DNA of 64,000 nucleotides from contig NW_003314265.1 in assembly GCF_000143415.4 (NCBI RefSeq), positions 4,026,443 through 4,090,442 on the forward strand, in the 5' to 3' direction. Positions within the stretch are counted from its first letter, which is position 1, and every line of letters starts with the position of its first letter. Under the pieces are notes generated by a model that saw only the letters and a program-made list of their open reading frames with translations, made no database searches and was not told the DNA's origin. This stretch comes from Selaginella moellendorffii (Eukaryota > Plantae > Lycopodiophyta). This document shows positions 10,801-21,102 of this stretch, piece by piece. The position numbers were made by a program, and so were the translations under genes.

Positions 10801-12705
10801 ATTCCACATATGAGCAAGAGTTACTCTCTATTGTTCATGCTTTGCGGACGTGGCGGCACTATCTTTATGGTGCAGTGTTCGTGGTGTTGACAGATCACAA
10901 ACCACTTGTGTATCTTTTCACACAGAAGGAGTTGAACACTAGGCAAGCTCGTTGGATGGTCAAACTCATGGAGTTTGGGGAGTTTCCTATTGAGCATCGT
11001 CCGGGAAAATCAAATGTGGTGGCGGATGCTTTATCTCGTGTTCGTCATGTGATGACGTTACGAACACGATTTTGTCATCATTTGAGTAAGGTGGTCAGCG
11101 AGTTTGGGCAGTTGGTTGAGCATGCTCAGGCTCAGGATGCTGAGGTGGCCTCTTTGCGAGACCAGATGGAAGCTCCTTTCTCATTGGTGGATGGGATTCT
11201 CTACTACAATGGCCGTGTCTATTTGCCACGGGTGGATGCGTTAATTACTCAAGTTTTATTCCACTATCATGATCGTCCAGAGGCCGGTCATTTTGGGGGG
11301 AAGAAGACGTATGAGTTGATTAAGCGCAACTTTTATTGGAGGAATATGAAGGCTGATATCCTCAAGTATTGTAAATCATGCGAGCTTTGTCAGCGGGTTA
11401 AGGTGCCACGGGAGAAGCCGGGGGGACTTTTGCAACCTTTACCTATTCCTCAGAGCCGTTGGTGTAGTATCTCTATGGACTTCATCACTTGTTTGCCACG
11501 AACACAGAGGCAAAAGGAGCAAGTATGGGTCATAGTGGATCGGTTGACGAAGTATGTGCGGTTGTTGGCTCTTCGGAAGACTGTCACTGCCTCAGACTTG
11601 GCTGCGGTTTACTTGGAGAGGGTTTTTCCTGATTTTGGTTTGCCGGAGGACATCATTAGTGATCGAGATTCAAAGTTCACTAGTGGATTTTGGAAAAGCT
11701 TTGCAAAGGCTATGCAAGTGACTTTGAAACTCTCGAGTGGAGATCATCCTCAGACGAATGGGCAAACCGAGCGTGTCAATCAGGTGGTGGAGGATATGCT
11801 ACGTTGTAGCATTGGTCAAAGGCAAGGACAGTGGGATCTATATCTTCCATTGGTGCAATTTGCTTACAACAATAGCCAACACAGTGGAACCAAGCTAAGT
11901 CCTTACTTTGCGATGTTTGGAAGGCATCCTCGAACAGCGGTGGAGTTGGGATTGCATTTGAGTAAGGACGTTCAAGAAAAGCTTGATTCCGAGGCAACTG
12001 ATCTGGCCACAGAACTTGATGAGATTCTGGTGGTATGCAAACGGAATTTGCAAGCAGCTCAGGATAGAGCGGAGAAGTTTGCTAATGAGCATCGCCAATT
12101 CCGGGAATATAAGGTGGGTGATCTCGTCTTTGTGCGAGTGATCTTTTCGTCAAGTGAGCGGCGGAACACCTTAGTGCCTTTACGGACAGGGAAGAGTGAT
12201 AAACTTTCCCATCGATATGCTGGTCCATATGAAGTGCTGGAGCGCATTGGTAAAGCGGCTTATCGGGTGCGGCTGCCAGCTGGGGTGAAAATTCATCCAG
12301 TATTTTATGTCAGCCAATTGAAAGGTGTACTATCTCGGAGTGACGGGCCCAATGCCTCCTTGATGTATACGGCTGTGGAAGATGGACCAGGAGCTTGAGC
12401 AGGATTCCCCAGAAAGGGTGATCACCGGTACAACTCGTCCTTGGGACAAGGACTTTGTTGGGGGGGAAGAATTGTTAGGCGCCAGCTTTGACTACGTGGT
12501 CAACGTCGGTCAAAGGGAGGCTCAAGGGTATATTAAGGCATGTTAGGGTAAGGGACTTAACCTACCCTAGGGCTCACAGTGGAGCGGCGGCGCAGTGGAG
12601 CTTTTGAGGTAGCTCGGGGGTGGTTGGGTGGTGAGGAACCTCAAGAGGTGGCGTAGCATAGTCTAGGGCAACTAGATCTTTGTCTTTTTGCGCCGGATCA
12701 TAACA
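7843..12705 (+). mobile_element. Young Ty3/Gypsy LTR retrotransposon with both LTRs (element C)
   Basis: Two 233-bp LTRs (7843-8075 and 12473-12705) that read identical by eye. TSD ATAGC (7838-7842 and 12706-12710), PBS TGGTATCAGAG at 8077-8087, PPT GGGGGGGAAGAA at 12460-12471. Confidence 0.97.
8283..12398 (+). CDS. Gag-Pol polyprotein of element C (the true N-terminus is probably the frameshifted ORF starting at ATG 8099)
   Basis: CCHC knuckle CHHCGELGHYKADC, protease LLDSGS, RT FLDD, RNase H CDASG, integrase HHCC/SMDF/SDRD/GQTE and GPY motif, all in one open frame. Confidence 0.92.
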   Translation: MGVLRHSRLDGVALQCLAWLANVKKFLAARGTPDAEALVAIPMVLRDAGLRWWNWLEESRVADKKPPVSTMDEFEAAFRLRFAPHYDVENARTELRHFQQGKMTLGDYIEKLTRLISRVPTKDPDQNKSYFIDGLHSESMRQHLRHSQPTKSLEELFDAARRLDNDKHKSRKRSRSPSVENRRDDRRGHKDGNKHHKLKSVVTTSDAKGSKKQKFFVKNYRQGCHHCGELGHYKADCPQLKNKQQDKKNGQSSSHGKSDTKKLQTLQREEEETDHSGRRKRLSIVARQLNCVWNKMELEDTRESALMLEGVFRGDPVRILLDSGSDDNFVSAKFVAEHRLNTRGVVPYTVEGAATSAQHFDACVEGLEVLVGKTTLVETFYLADIHRVDLILGMPWLVKVDPEIKWSIKRISLEYGGVKDVWFGEGVQPPVVMLSATSLKRACRNGKALSSYLLFVRDLGDQGTCGGEAAVRDVLDEFSDVFPSELPHGLPPLRGVEHGITLEPGTRPIYRRPFRLSYVEEQEVQRQVKELLEFGFIQPSKSPFGAPVLLVKKKDGSMRMCIDYRALNKKTVKDKMPMPRVDDILDKLGEARVFTKIDLRSGYHQIAMDDASISKTAFNTSFGHFEFTVMPFGLTNAPATFTRLMTEVFGRYLHEFVEIFLDDILVFSKNMEEHRVHLRKVLLLLRDSKLYAKKSKCEFAKSEVEYLGHIVTSKGVKTDPRKVAVVENWPTPTTVAELRSFLGMASYYRRFQHKFAEVAIPLTRLLRKNVPFEWKTPQEESFVALKRLLIEAPVLRIADPSKPYEVTCDASGYALGGVLMQEGQPIAYESRTLNSAEQRYSTYEQELLSIVHALRTWRHYLYGAVFVVLTDHKPLVYLFTQKELNTRQARWMVKLMEFGEFPIEHRPGKSNVVADALSRVRHVMTLRTRFCHHLSKVVSEFGQLVEHAQAQDAEVASLRDQMEAPFSLVDGILYYNGRVYLPRVDALITQVLFHYHDRPEAGHFGGKKTYELIKRNFYWRNMKADILKYCKSCELCQRVKVPREKPGGLLQPLPIPQSRWCSISMDFITCLPRTQRQKEQVWVIVDRLTKYVRLLALRKTVTASDLAAVYLERVFPDFGLPEDIISDRDSKFTSGFWKSFAKAMQVTLKLSSGDHPQTNGQTERVNQVVEDMLRCSIGQRQGQWDLYLPLVQFAYNNSQHSGTKLSPYFAMFGRHPRTAVELGLHLSKDVQEKLDSEATDLATELDEILVVCKRNLQAAQDRAEKFANEHRQFREYKVGDLVFVRVIFSSSERRNTLVPLRTGKSDKLSHRYAGPYEVLERIGKAAYRVRLPAGVKIHPVFYVSQLKGVLSRSDGPNASLMYTAVEDGPGA

Positions 12706-14607
12706 ATAGCATCCCCGCCATTCAACCTTTGCATTTAGTCCAAGTGCTCCATGTGTTTGATCCCATGACCAACACCCCAAGGCACCACTGACACATCGGC
12801 CAGTTACGCTAAGGCCATGCCCATTCACCTTGGTCACACCGGTGGTCTGACACCACCTACACCACAGTCCCGTCTCTCAAAGACTGAGCCATCCGTCCAT
12901 GAGTGATTATCCCAGATCCACTCCTTAACATCCTTAGGATGCCCATAGACATGGGGAATAGCCTTCCCCAATATCCCCTTTCTGGTCCCCACCAAGTCCC
13001 TTTCTGCCCATGGCCATGTTTGCCAACACTGCCACTGGATCGAGACCCACAGGCCCGGCCACTAAGTCCCACGGTCCTCTGGGACTTCCTCACCACACGA
13101 CTGTGTCCTTGGTCACTACCCCAGAGGACTGCTCCTCTTCCTTTCCACAGTCTGGGCCTTTGGGACAACATTTCGGAACACTGTGGCCTTACGCGAGCCA
13201 CCTGGGTACTCTCCTCGCCTTCTGCCCTTGGGTGCTCTAGCCATGGGCTTAGAGCGGGTTCCGTTGAGCCACACCAGGTATCCAAGTAGGTAGTGCCACC
13301 CACACTTGGACTGGGAGCATCGGCCAGTCGATCTCCCGGGGGAACTAGAGCCGGCTCTTGAACACTTCACCAAGCTACCCCGCTTGTCGGTCTATGTTCA
13401 CTCTAGTCTTGGACTTCCCAGTGAGCAGCTCATCACCCAACACTGGGTCCGGCCTTCCTGGGCCAAACTGGCCTTTCCTGGCCAAACTGGCTCCACTGCA
13501 GTCCTCCCCCTACTATACTTTTGGAGCTCACCAAACCCCCCAGGGTCTAGGAGACGAACGCTTTGGGCTTTCACCCTCTCAGGCTCCGGACTCGGACTTG
13601 GACTCGGACTCGAACTCGGACTCGGACTCGGACTCGGACTTAGGCTCGGCCTCGGTCTCGGTCTCGGTCCCGATCTCGGTCTCGGTCTCAGCCTCAGTTT
13701 CAGTTCCGATCTCGATCTCGGTCTCGGTCCCGGTCTCGGTCTCGACCTCGGACTCCATCTCGGGTCCTTCTCGGACTCCATCTCGGATTCCATCTCAGGT
13801 CCATTTCAGATTCCATCTCGGACTCCGTCTCAGTCCATCTCGAACTCCATCTCGGGTCCATCTCGGACTCCATCTCGGGTCCGTCTTGGACTCAATCTCG
13901 GATCCATCTCGGGTCCACCTCGGACTCCATCTTGGACTCCATCTCGAACTCCATCTCGGGTCCATCTCGGACTCCACCTTGGACTCCATCTTAGACTTCG
14001 TCTCAGTCCATCTCGGACTCCACTTCGGACTCCACTTCGGATTCCAACTTGGGTCCATCTCAGACACTTCCACGTGTCATGTGTTGGTCCTTTTTGGGTC
14101 CCATTTTGGAGCCTCGCTTATTGCTCGCTTCGTGCTCGTTCCTCAAGCACTTTGTTGGGAGTTCCACTCCCGCTCTCAACCTTTCAAGTTGGAGCTTTTA
14201 GTCCAAACGTGTTGCGCTTGTTTGGCTTTCGCTTCGGCCACTACCATGTGGCACCCTTCCAGCTCCACTTTGGAGCCTAGGGATTTTGTGTCTCACACCC
14301 AGTCTTTGAGAGACGGGACTGTGGTGTAGGTGGTGTCAGACCACCAGTGTGACTAAGGTGAATGGGCATGGCCTTAACATAACGGGCCGATGTGTCAGTG
14401 GTGCCTTGGGGTGTTGGTCATGGGATCAGACACATGGAGCACTTGGACCAAGTGCAAAGGTTGAGTGGCGGGGATGCCATTCTCGGGGCTAGCAAGCCCA
14501 AGTCCAAAATAGGACTTATAGAGGTTGTGAGTGAGACTCCTCCAAGTGGTTGGAGGTGTGGTTAAGTGACTAAAGTGGAATGGAAAAATTTAGTCATTTA
14601 CACTAAG

Positions 14608-15440
14608 TTAGAAGCCAAGGAGTAAAGGAACTGAACCACGAAGCAACTCCCAAGCATACAGCCTAAGGAGCAGAGGGATAGGAGCACGAAGTGACTTAGA
14701 ATAGTCCTAGAGCATCTAACATCCCAATGCCAAAACTAACATGCAAAACAGAGCCTATTGCTATTTTAGCATACTGATGACTTAACGCAAGGATATGAGT
14801 ACTCCACCAGCTAGCATGGTATGGAGTTTGGGCTTAGACCTAAGCCAGAAGCAGAACAAAGATAGACATACAAGCGGGAGCTAAACTATGCCTCAAATTG
14901 GTCGACCATGCTCCCGACCTACCCACTATCCCTACTATACATTTGGAACCCCTTATAGCCACACCCCCTCCTCGTCGTGAGGAACACACTCTTTGGGCTT
15001 TCACCCCAAGCCTCCCTTAATATCAGGAGTTAGTCTCTGGGATAAGCTTGAAACTTACTAAATATGGAATGTTCTTAGATTGCGAATTTGGACACGGAAC
15101 GAACACTATTGTGTTCAGGACAATTTCCACATTCCGTAGATATGCCAAATAAGCAAATCTAGACACTTTCCATAAATAACATTTGAGACTGAAATGAGAC
15201 TAACACAAAAGGCATGATAGCGAGGGTGTTTGGCAAACACGATAAACTATCATCTATTGTTATTGAGGGACTAGTCTCAATACGCGAGGGTTCTTGTCAA
15301 ACCAATGCAAGATAGAGTAAAAGAGAACTAAAAAGCTGGGCCAAGTATGCTTGGCAAAATAGACACTTAGGAATTTTGTCCTTATGCTCATCCGGCCAAG
15401 TACAGATGCAAAATCCAATTTACTAACACTTGAATAAAAA
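14608..15440 (-). repeat. Degenerate LTR-like repeat (family D), probable host of the family-A insertion
   Basis: Reverse-complement similarity to ~57700-58345 (e.g. TTTGGGCTTAGACCTAA, GAGGGACTAGTCTCAATA). Boundaries are approximate. Confidence 0.6.
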
Positions 15441-16039
15441 GGGTTGATAAAGGGTCCAGCAATACTGACCTCCTACCGTTGTAGCAGTAAAGAAAGAGTG
15501 TCCATAAAGACTAGCTGACAGATAATTTTCAATACCCGAAATCACATTTGCGACAGCTTTCCATCTACATTGGTTTTCAATACATATTTTGAACGTGTTA
15601 CATTAGAGCTTCCAGCTCAATGTGGATAAAATTGATACAATTAAATGTGTGGTTATCATAACTAAAAAGTAGAAACATTCTTCTAAAATTCATCATTAAG
15701 AATTGTTGTGCAAACATCTTTGGCATCATTTGTATTATACCACTTCAATGATTCAAATTCCACTCACTATAAATCATCAAAGACATGGCAAACATCTTCA
15801 TGCTAAAGCTAGTTGACCATAAGAAAGATGTAAGTGAATTAAGTCTTTGTATGTTTCATGAGTTCTCTAGAGCAAAACTTCCGGTGTGATTTCTTGTGTC
15901 TCTAGAGTAGAATGTTGATCATCCCTTCAAGTGGTAAGAGGTGATATATTGCTGCCAATAGGTAATAAGCAAGCCATGCCGATAGTGACAAACAATGAAG
16001 TCAAGAAGAAGATCTAAGTAGTACGATAGACCCCAAAGC

Positions 16040-16190
16040 AATTGGTAGTGGTTCAATCAATGGCCACACTTAAGGGGGGATGGTATACTCAAGTGGTGGT
16101 GACAGCAGCTCATTGAATATCTAAATTTGGATCTTGTAGTATGGAAATAGGGAGTGAGGAGATTCCTCTTATTTGAAGTTAAAGAAACAT
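16040..16190 (+). repeat. Dispersed repeat (family E), probably decayed retroelement internal sequence
   Basis: Similar to 50601-50750 (GGTGGTGACA...GCTCATTGAA...GAGTGAGGAG...ATTTGAAGT). Confidence 0.55.
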
Positions 16191-16759
16191 GAAATGGTAG
16201 AGTTTCAGGCTAGGAGTGGAGATGTTCTCCATTGGTTTGAAGGAGTAAAAGGTCTGGCTAGTAGTCCAGCTTGGAGATGTATTTAGTGTTTAGAATGACA
16301 CAAATGGAGTGTGCTCGTCTGGTGGGATGTGATAGAAATTGAAGTTGGCATGTCAGTTTAGGAAGCAATGGGCCATAAGCACTAGTCTATTTGGAGAGTG
16401 ATAGGAGTGCAAGTACTTTAGGAGGCATGTAACCACTTTCATTTCAACAGATAACAATTGAAAATATCTATTGTAGTGGCTTTGTGATGAAGACTTTCTC
16501 TTACAACAATGTGCCTTCACTACACCATTCTAAAAGAGTGGGTGAAACCTAGTTGACTATGGAATAAATGGCTCCCATGTTTCAGCAAAGTGGTAGATGA
16601 CCATATCTGCTAGAAGTGGTGCCCCCCTCCCCCAACTCTGTCCTATGTTCAACTCAGAGGGAGACTTGGATATTGATATGATCTAAAAGATACAACCACA
16701 TCCACTTCTACTTTAAGACGCAAATGCCTAATTTTTGTATTAGCCCCATTGGGACTTAA

Positions 16760-17370
16760 GGAATGTACATACATGTTTACTTAGAGTAAAATTTAACATT
16801 GGTTTATCAATTATAAATCTCACAATCTTCTCATAGTCATTTACAATCTTAGACACCCAATCAAACCTCTTAATATCCTTCAATGAAAAGTCTAAAACAT
16901 GGTACATATATTGATTGTGTAAGATAAAGAGGAATTTTTCTCTCATATGTTCCTCCATCAAATACACAATTTGAAGCATTATCAATAGTGACTTAAATAA
17001 CATTTTTAACACCAACATCCAAAATGATTAATTTAAACTGCCCCCAAGGCCAAAGACTAATTTTTTCCTCTCCTTTGGTATCAACACCCTACTAAAATAC
17101 CAAGTTATGGATGGAGATAATTATGAAGTACCTTAGATCATCCATTAGTTACTATTATACATTCAAATTGAGCCCATCTAACATGAAAGGAAGTTAACTT
17201 CTCTTTGATTAGAATATAGTGACAAGTGAGTTGAGTAGTGCAAAGTTTTTTGTAATTAAGAATCATTGATGAAGCACCAAGTCTAGCACTACAAGTGATT
17301 GCAATCATTGTGAAAAAGTATAGGATTTTGACAATATTTAATGTTATAGCATTTTAAGAAATGAATTTTG
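16760..17370 (-). pseudogene. hAT-superfamily transposase relic (DUF659-type)
   Basis: Minus-strand translation gives LNIVKILYFFTMI...NYKKL and HVLDFSLKDIKRFDWVSKIV...IVRFI, matching plant hAT motifs. Multiple stops. Confidence 0.65.
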
Positions 17371-18999
17371 ATATTACATCATTTGTATTCATGTTTCTTA
17401 AGCATTTCCCTAAAGTTGCCATCTCACATTTACTTTCAACTAACAAATGATCTTTCATGGCTTAAAAAAGCACTTATTGCCTGAGATTGACTAGCACTTT
17501 GTGTCCCAACTCTAGAAGCAAATGCCCCATCAAAATACTAATTTGCTGTAGAAGGTAAAGCTAAAAGGGCATTTATTATTTGCTTCATAAGCATTCAGCG
17601 AGCTTATTCCTAAACATGGAGAGGAATATTTGAAGCACTATATACTTTAATGTCATACTTAAAAACTCTAGCAAAATGCACTTTAATTCATTTTGGTGGA
17701 CTGCCATACATTTTTCCACAATAGTTGCTCCAATTATGCAAAAATCAATTGCTAAAACACTAGAATCCAATTGTTAGAATTGTTAGAATCGCATTTTAAG
17801 ATACAAATTAGAGTTTTTTGGGAAAAAAATAGCAAAGCATTTTAGGAACAGCCCTCTCTGATTAGCATCTTGGCCAAACATGGTCAAAACCAACAATGGG
17901 CACAACACACTATTCTAGCTGAAAAAGGAATAAGAAAATCAATGTGTTAAATGTTTGACTTACTTTCTTTATCTTAATTAGAGTAACCAGTGAAATCTAG
18001 TCTTTAACATGATTTGTCTTGCACCTTAAAAATTCACCTCTCTCACATGAACCCAATAACCCATCTGACATGATTTTCTGTGTAGTGCATAGAAAGAAAT
18101 GCTGTATTGCCAAGCTCCTACAATGTCAGCATTTCAAGTTTTTGGAGCTTGGGATAGGGTGTAATTGCTTTGGCTCATCATCATGGTGCAATAGAGAGCT
18201 TAGCAATGCTCTAGAGAGAGAAGCCCTTGGATCATACCCACTAGTTATGGGAAAGTATGCTCATTACTATAAAGAGAGAGAGATAAGTGCTAACAACACC
18301 TTACATGTTCTTTTATAATGTGGCCATCTTTAGCCAACTAAACTCAAGCATAAACTCAATAAGCTGCCACTAGATATGTTATCTTACCTCACTCAGCCAA
18401 TGAGCATCCAAGCCATACTACTCTCCCATTGGCCAAGAGCAAGATCCACAAAGTTTTTAGTCAACCAGCCTAAGAACCAATAGCTGGGGTATAACCAAGT
18501 TGGATGAGTACCATTGATTTAGTTGAGACACACTATTGCCTTAGGAATTTAATTTGACTGATGGGATAATTCTTTTATTCTCCACTAGAGCAAGTATATC
18601 AATGATATCCTATTAGCATGCTCTTTTCATGATAACCATGTTAGGAGAAAAACTTTTTATACAGGTATAACCTAATATGATATCTTTTTTTTTAATTTAA
18701 ACTACTCACCTAGGGAGAGAATCATCTTTTATACTGATTACCTTCTAGCTCAAGTATGTATAGATTGACATTGGCCACCCTTACTATGACATATATACAC
18801 AACTAAAGTTGCAGAACTAACCAACCAATAAAGGAAACTCATTTTTTCACCATAAAAATATGCTTTTTGAGAATCATTAAACTAGTTAATGTTTAATTAA
18901 TTAGGGAAAACATATTCTATAGATATTCCCGAAAGCTGAGTAGGTCGCGAGATCTGCGAGGCCCGGCACAAGCAGCTGGAAGGCTTCTCACAGACGCCG

Positions 19000-19600
19000 C
19001 TGCTTGACGAGCCCGGGGGTAAGTTTCTGCAGCTGCCAAGAGTGCTCGCGGGGCTCTGGCGATACTCAAGAAAGCACGAGCCGCTGGTGTACGTGAGGCA
19101 AAATCCTCGACTTGATCGAGACGTCAAAGGTAGCTTCCGTGGTTGTGCTGGGCATGCCCGGGATCGGCAAGTCCAGCTTTGTCTTCGTTCTGTTGTGGGC
19201 GCTCCTTCACAAGTGTTGCTGGAACCTCATCCTCCTCAAGTTCAAGGAATCCGACAGCTACTACGCCTTTGACAAGGATGGCAAAGTTTCATCCACTGTC
19301 AACCCCGCCGTTGCCGCGAATTGGGTGGAGGCCGAAGAGGAAGGCAAGGTGTGGTACCTGGCGGACTGGAAGATCGATAAGCACTACTGGAGCCTGCCTT
19401 GCAAGGTCGTTATGGCCACCTCGCCTGGCCGGCAGAATCACCACCACTTCTTCAAAGGAGACGATGTGATTAGGCTTTTCATCCCGACGTGGTCTCACGA
19501 ATAAATCCAACGATCTGGTGTTCAAGTATCCAAAGGCCGAGGTGGACGAGAGGTTTGACAAGTGGGGAGGGGTCCCGAGGCATGTGCTATCCAAGACTGG
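19000..19600 (+). pseudogene. Crinkler/RHS-family P-loop NTPase fragment
   Basis: Motif series LVYVRQ, VVLGMPGIGKS (Walker A), WYLAD (Walker B), ATSP, FIPTWS, ERFDKWGGVPRHVL. Frameshifts near 19105 and 19510, stop at 19502. GC-rich island within AT-rich DNA. Confidence 0.75.
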
Positions 19601-20074
19601 CATACATCAGCAGCAAGAGCTTGAGGATGTGGGCAATACGAATGATCATTGAAAGTTGGCTTCAAGTTTGCGTGTGTTTCAATTGGTTCTAATTTCTTGT
19701 CATGAAGAAGCCAAGTGACCTGCTCAACGACGATAAGAACTGGAAAACGCCATGTCACAGTGTGCCAAGAAGAAAAATGCTATGAGATTGGAGAGATTTT
19801 GTGTCAACGTGATTGTCGATGCTTTGAGTTATGTTGTTGCTGCGCTCAACACAAGACCTGTGAGCTGAGAAACAACGTTGCCTGTGATCTTCAGAACCTC
19901 AATCCAGCTGAAGACGTGCATGACAATGGTCCAACCCCAAAGGCAAAGGAATGTGTGTGCTTCTCAATGGCTATAAGAAGCACAGTGATCATAGCGTGAA
20001 TTGACAAGAAAAGACGCTCAGATCAACTTGTATTCTGTTTGTTCTGTTTGCTGTTCAACAAAATGGACATCAGG

Positions 20075-20723
20075 TGTTAGAGGTAGAGATGATGTGGCAT
20101 GTAATAATGCCTACATAGTAGTTTCATGTATATGTACCATTTATATATAGTTGAATACAGAGAGAAAGTTCTTCCTCCTCGTGCTCAATAGCAAGGAGTA
20201 ACAAGCAAAGCATAAAGCTAATGGGAGATTGAGAGATTTCAGCAACCCATATAAAAAATTGGATCAAACAAAATTCAAGAACATTGCATAACAATTCTTT
20301 GCATGAATTTCTAGCAATTAAGAAAGATGTTTATGGATATTCAAGTGTTTGGTAACAGTAGAAGTGGGAGCTTGGCAGTTCACAGCCAAGACCACATGCT
20401 AGTGACAAGATTGAAGCCATAGCAAGGAGCAAAGAGTGCGCAAGTAAGTCTAAAACTAAGAACCAAGTTTTGTATAGTTGATTGATGAGTTTTTAGTATG
20501 TTTTTCTCATCAGCTCTCCATGCTCATCATTTCAGATGAGCTAAACATGATTCAGGCTTAGATTCAAGCTTGGATCAGCCGCCTGATCATGAGTGGAAGT
20601 GTTAGAGGTAGAGATGATATGGCATGTAATTATGTCTATGTGGTAGTAATTTCATATATATGTACCATCCATATACAGTTGAATAAGTTTTTCCTCCTCA
20701 TGTATGTCTCTCCGCTGCTAACA
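20075..20723 (+). mobile_element. Miniature LTR element (TRIM-like or deleted Copia derivative)
   Basis: TGTTAG...CTAACA termini and TSD TCAGG (20070-20074 and 20724-20728). Direct repeats at 20075-~20183 and 20600-20723; purine tract GAGTGGAAG before the second repeat. Confidence 0.8.
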
Positions 20724-21102
20724 TCAGGTTCATGGACTGTCTGTTCTAACTGGACAACACCTGAGAACAACTAAAAGGGCTAGAGGCTTCAACCTTCCAG
20801 GTCTATGTTCTCTACAGTTTTCTTTATGGTTTCTCTAACTTCTTTTCATTTTTGCAATGCCATGAGATTGCAACATAGAAGTTTATGCTGCGGCAGTGGC
20901 AAAACCAGACGATCTACACAAAGCCAATGGGATGCAGGGACAAAACGCAACAGGACACACAATCGCTGGGTTGACAAGAGGACTAGTTAAAAAGTATTTG
21001 ATTAGTACAGCGTCGGCAATGAACACAACGTCACGCGGCCGTATGGGCCGAAATGATGGTACGGAAGGGATGGATTATGGCCCACTTGACAGAATCGTTG
21101 GA

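Larger units (their letters stand above)
7651..14297 (-). mobile_element. Inverted family-A copy (5' LTR + PBS + ~50 bp internal), split by element C
   Basis: Reverse complement of ~102-1790. LTR pieces at 14297-12711 and 7842-7716, PBS at 7712-7701. It abuts the outer 3' LTR remnant at 14298 and element B at 7650. Confidence 0.9.
102..14602 (+). mobile_element. Outer LTR retrotransposon (family A, non-autonomous Ty3/Gypsy derivative) with nested insertions and an internal deletion
   Basis: Starts TGTGAGACAC at 102 and ends ...TTTACA at 14602. Identical 5-bp flanks CTAAG at 97-101 and 14603-14607. Full 5' LTR 102-1725; only the last ~305 bp of the 3' LTR remains (14298-14602). Confidence 0.85.

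Noticed and set aside
14775-14800. CTGATGA...GATA resembling a hammerhead ribozyme core (retrozyme idea)
   Set aside because: Lacks the required GAAA and flanking stems, and is not conserved in the other family-D copy.
18000-18700. Possible further retroelement relic
   Set aside because: Motif traces are too weak to support a call.
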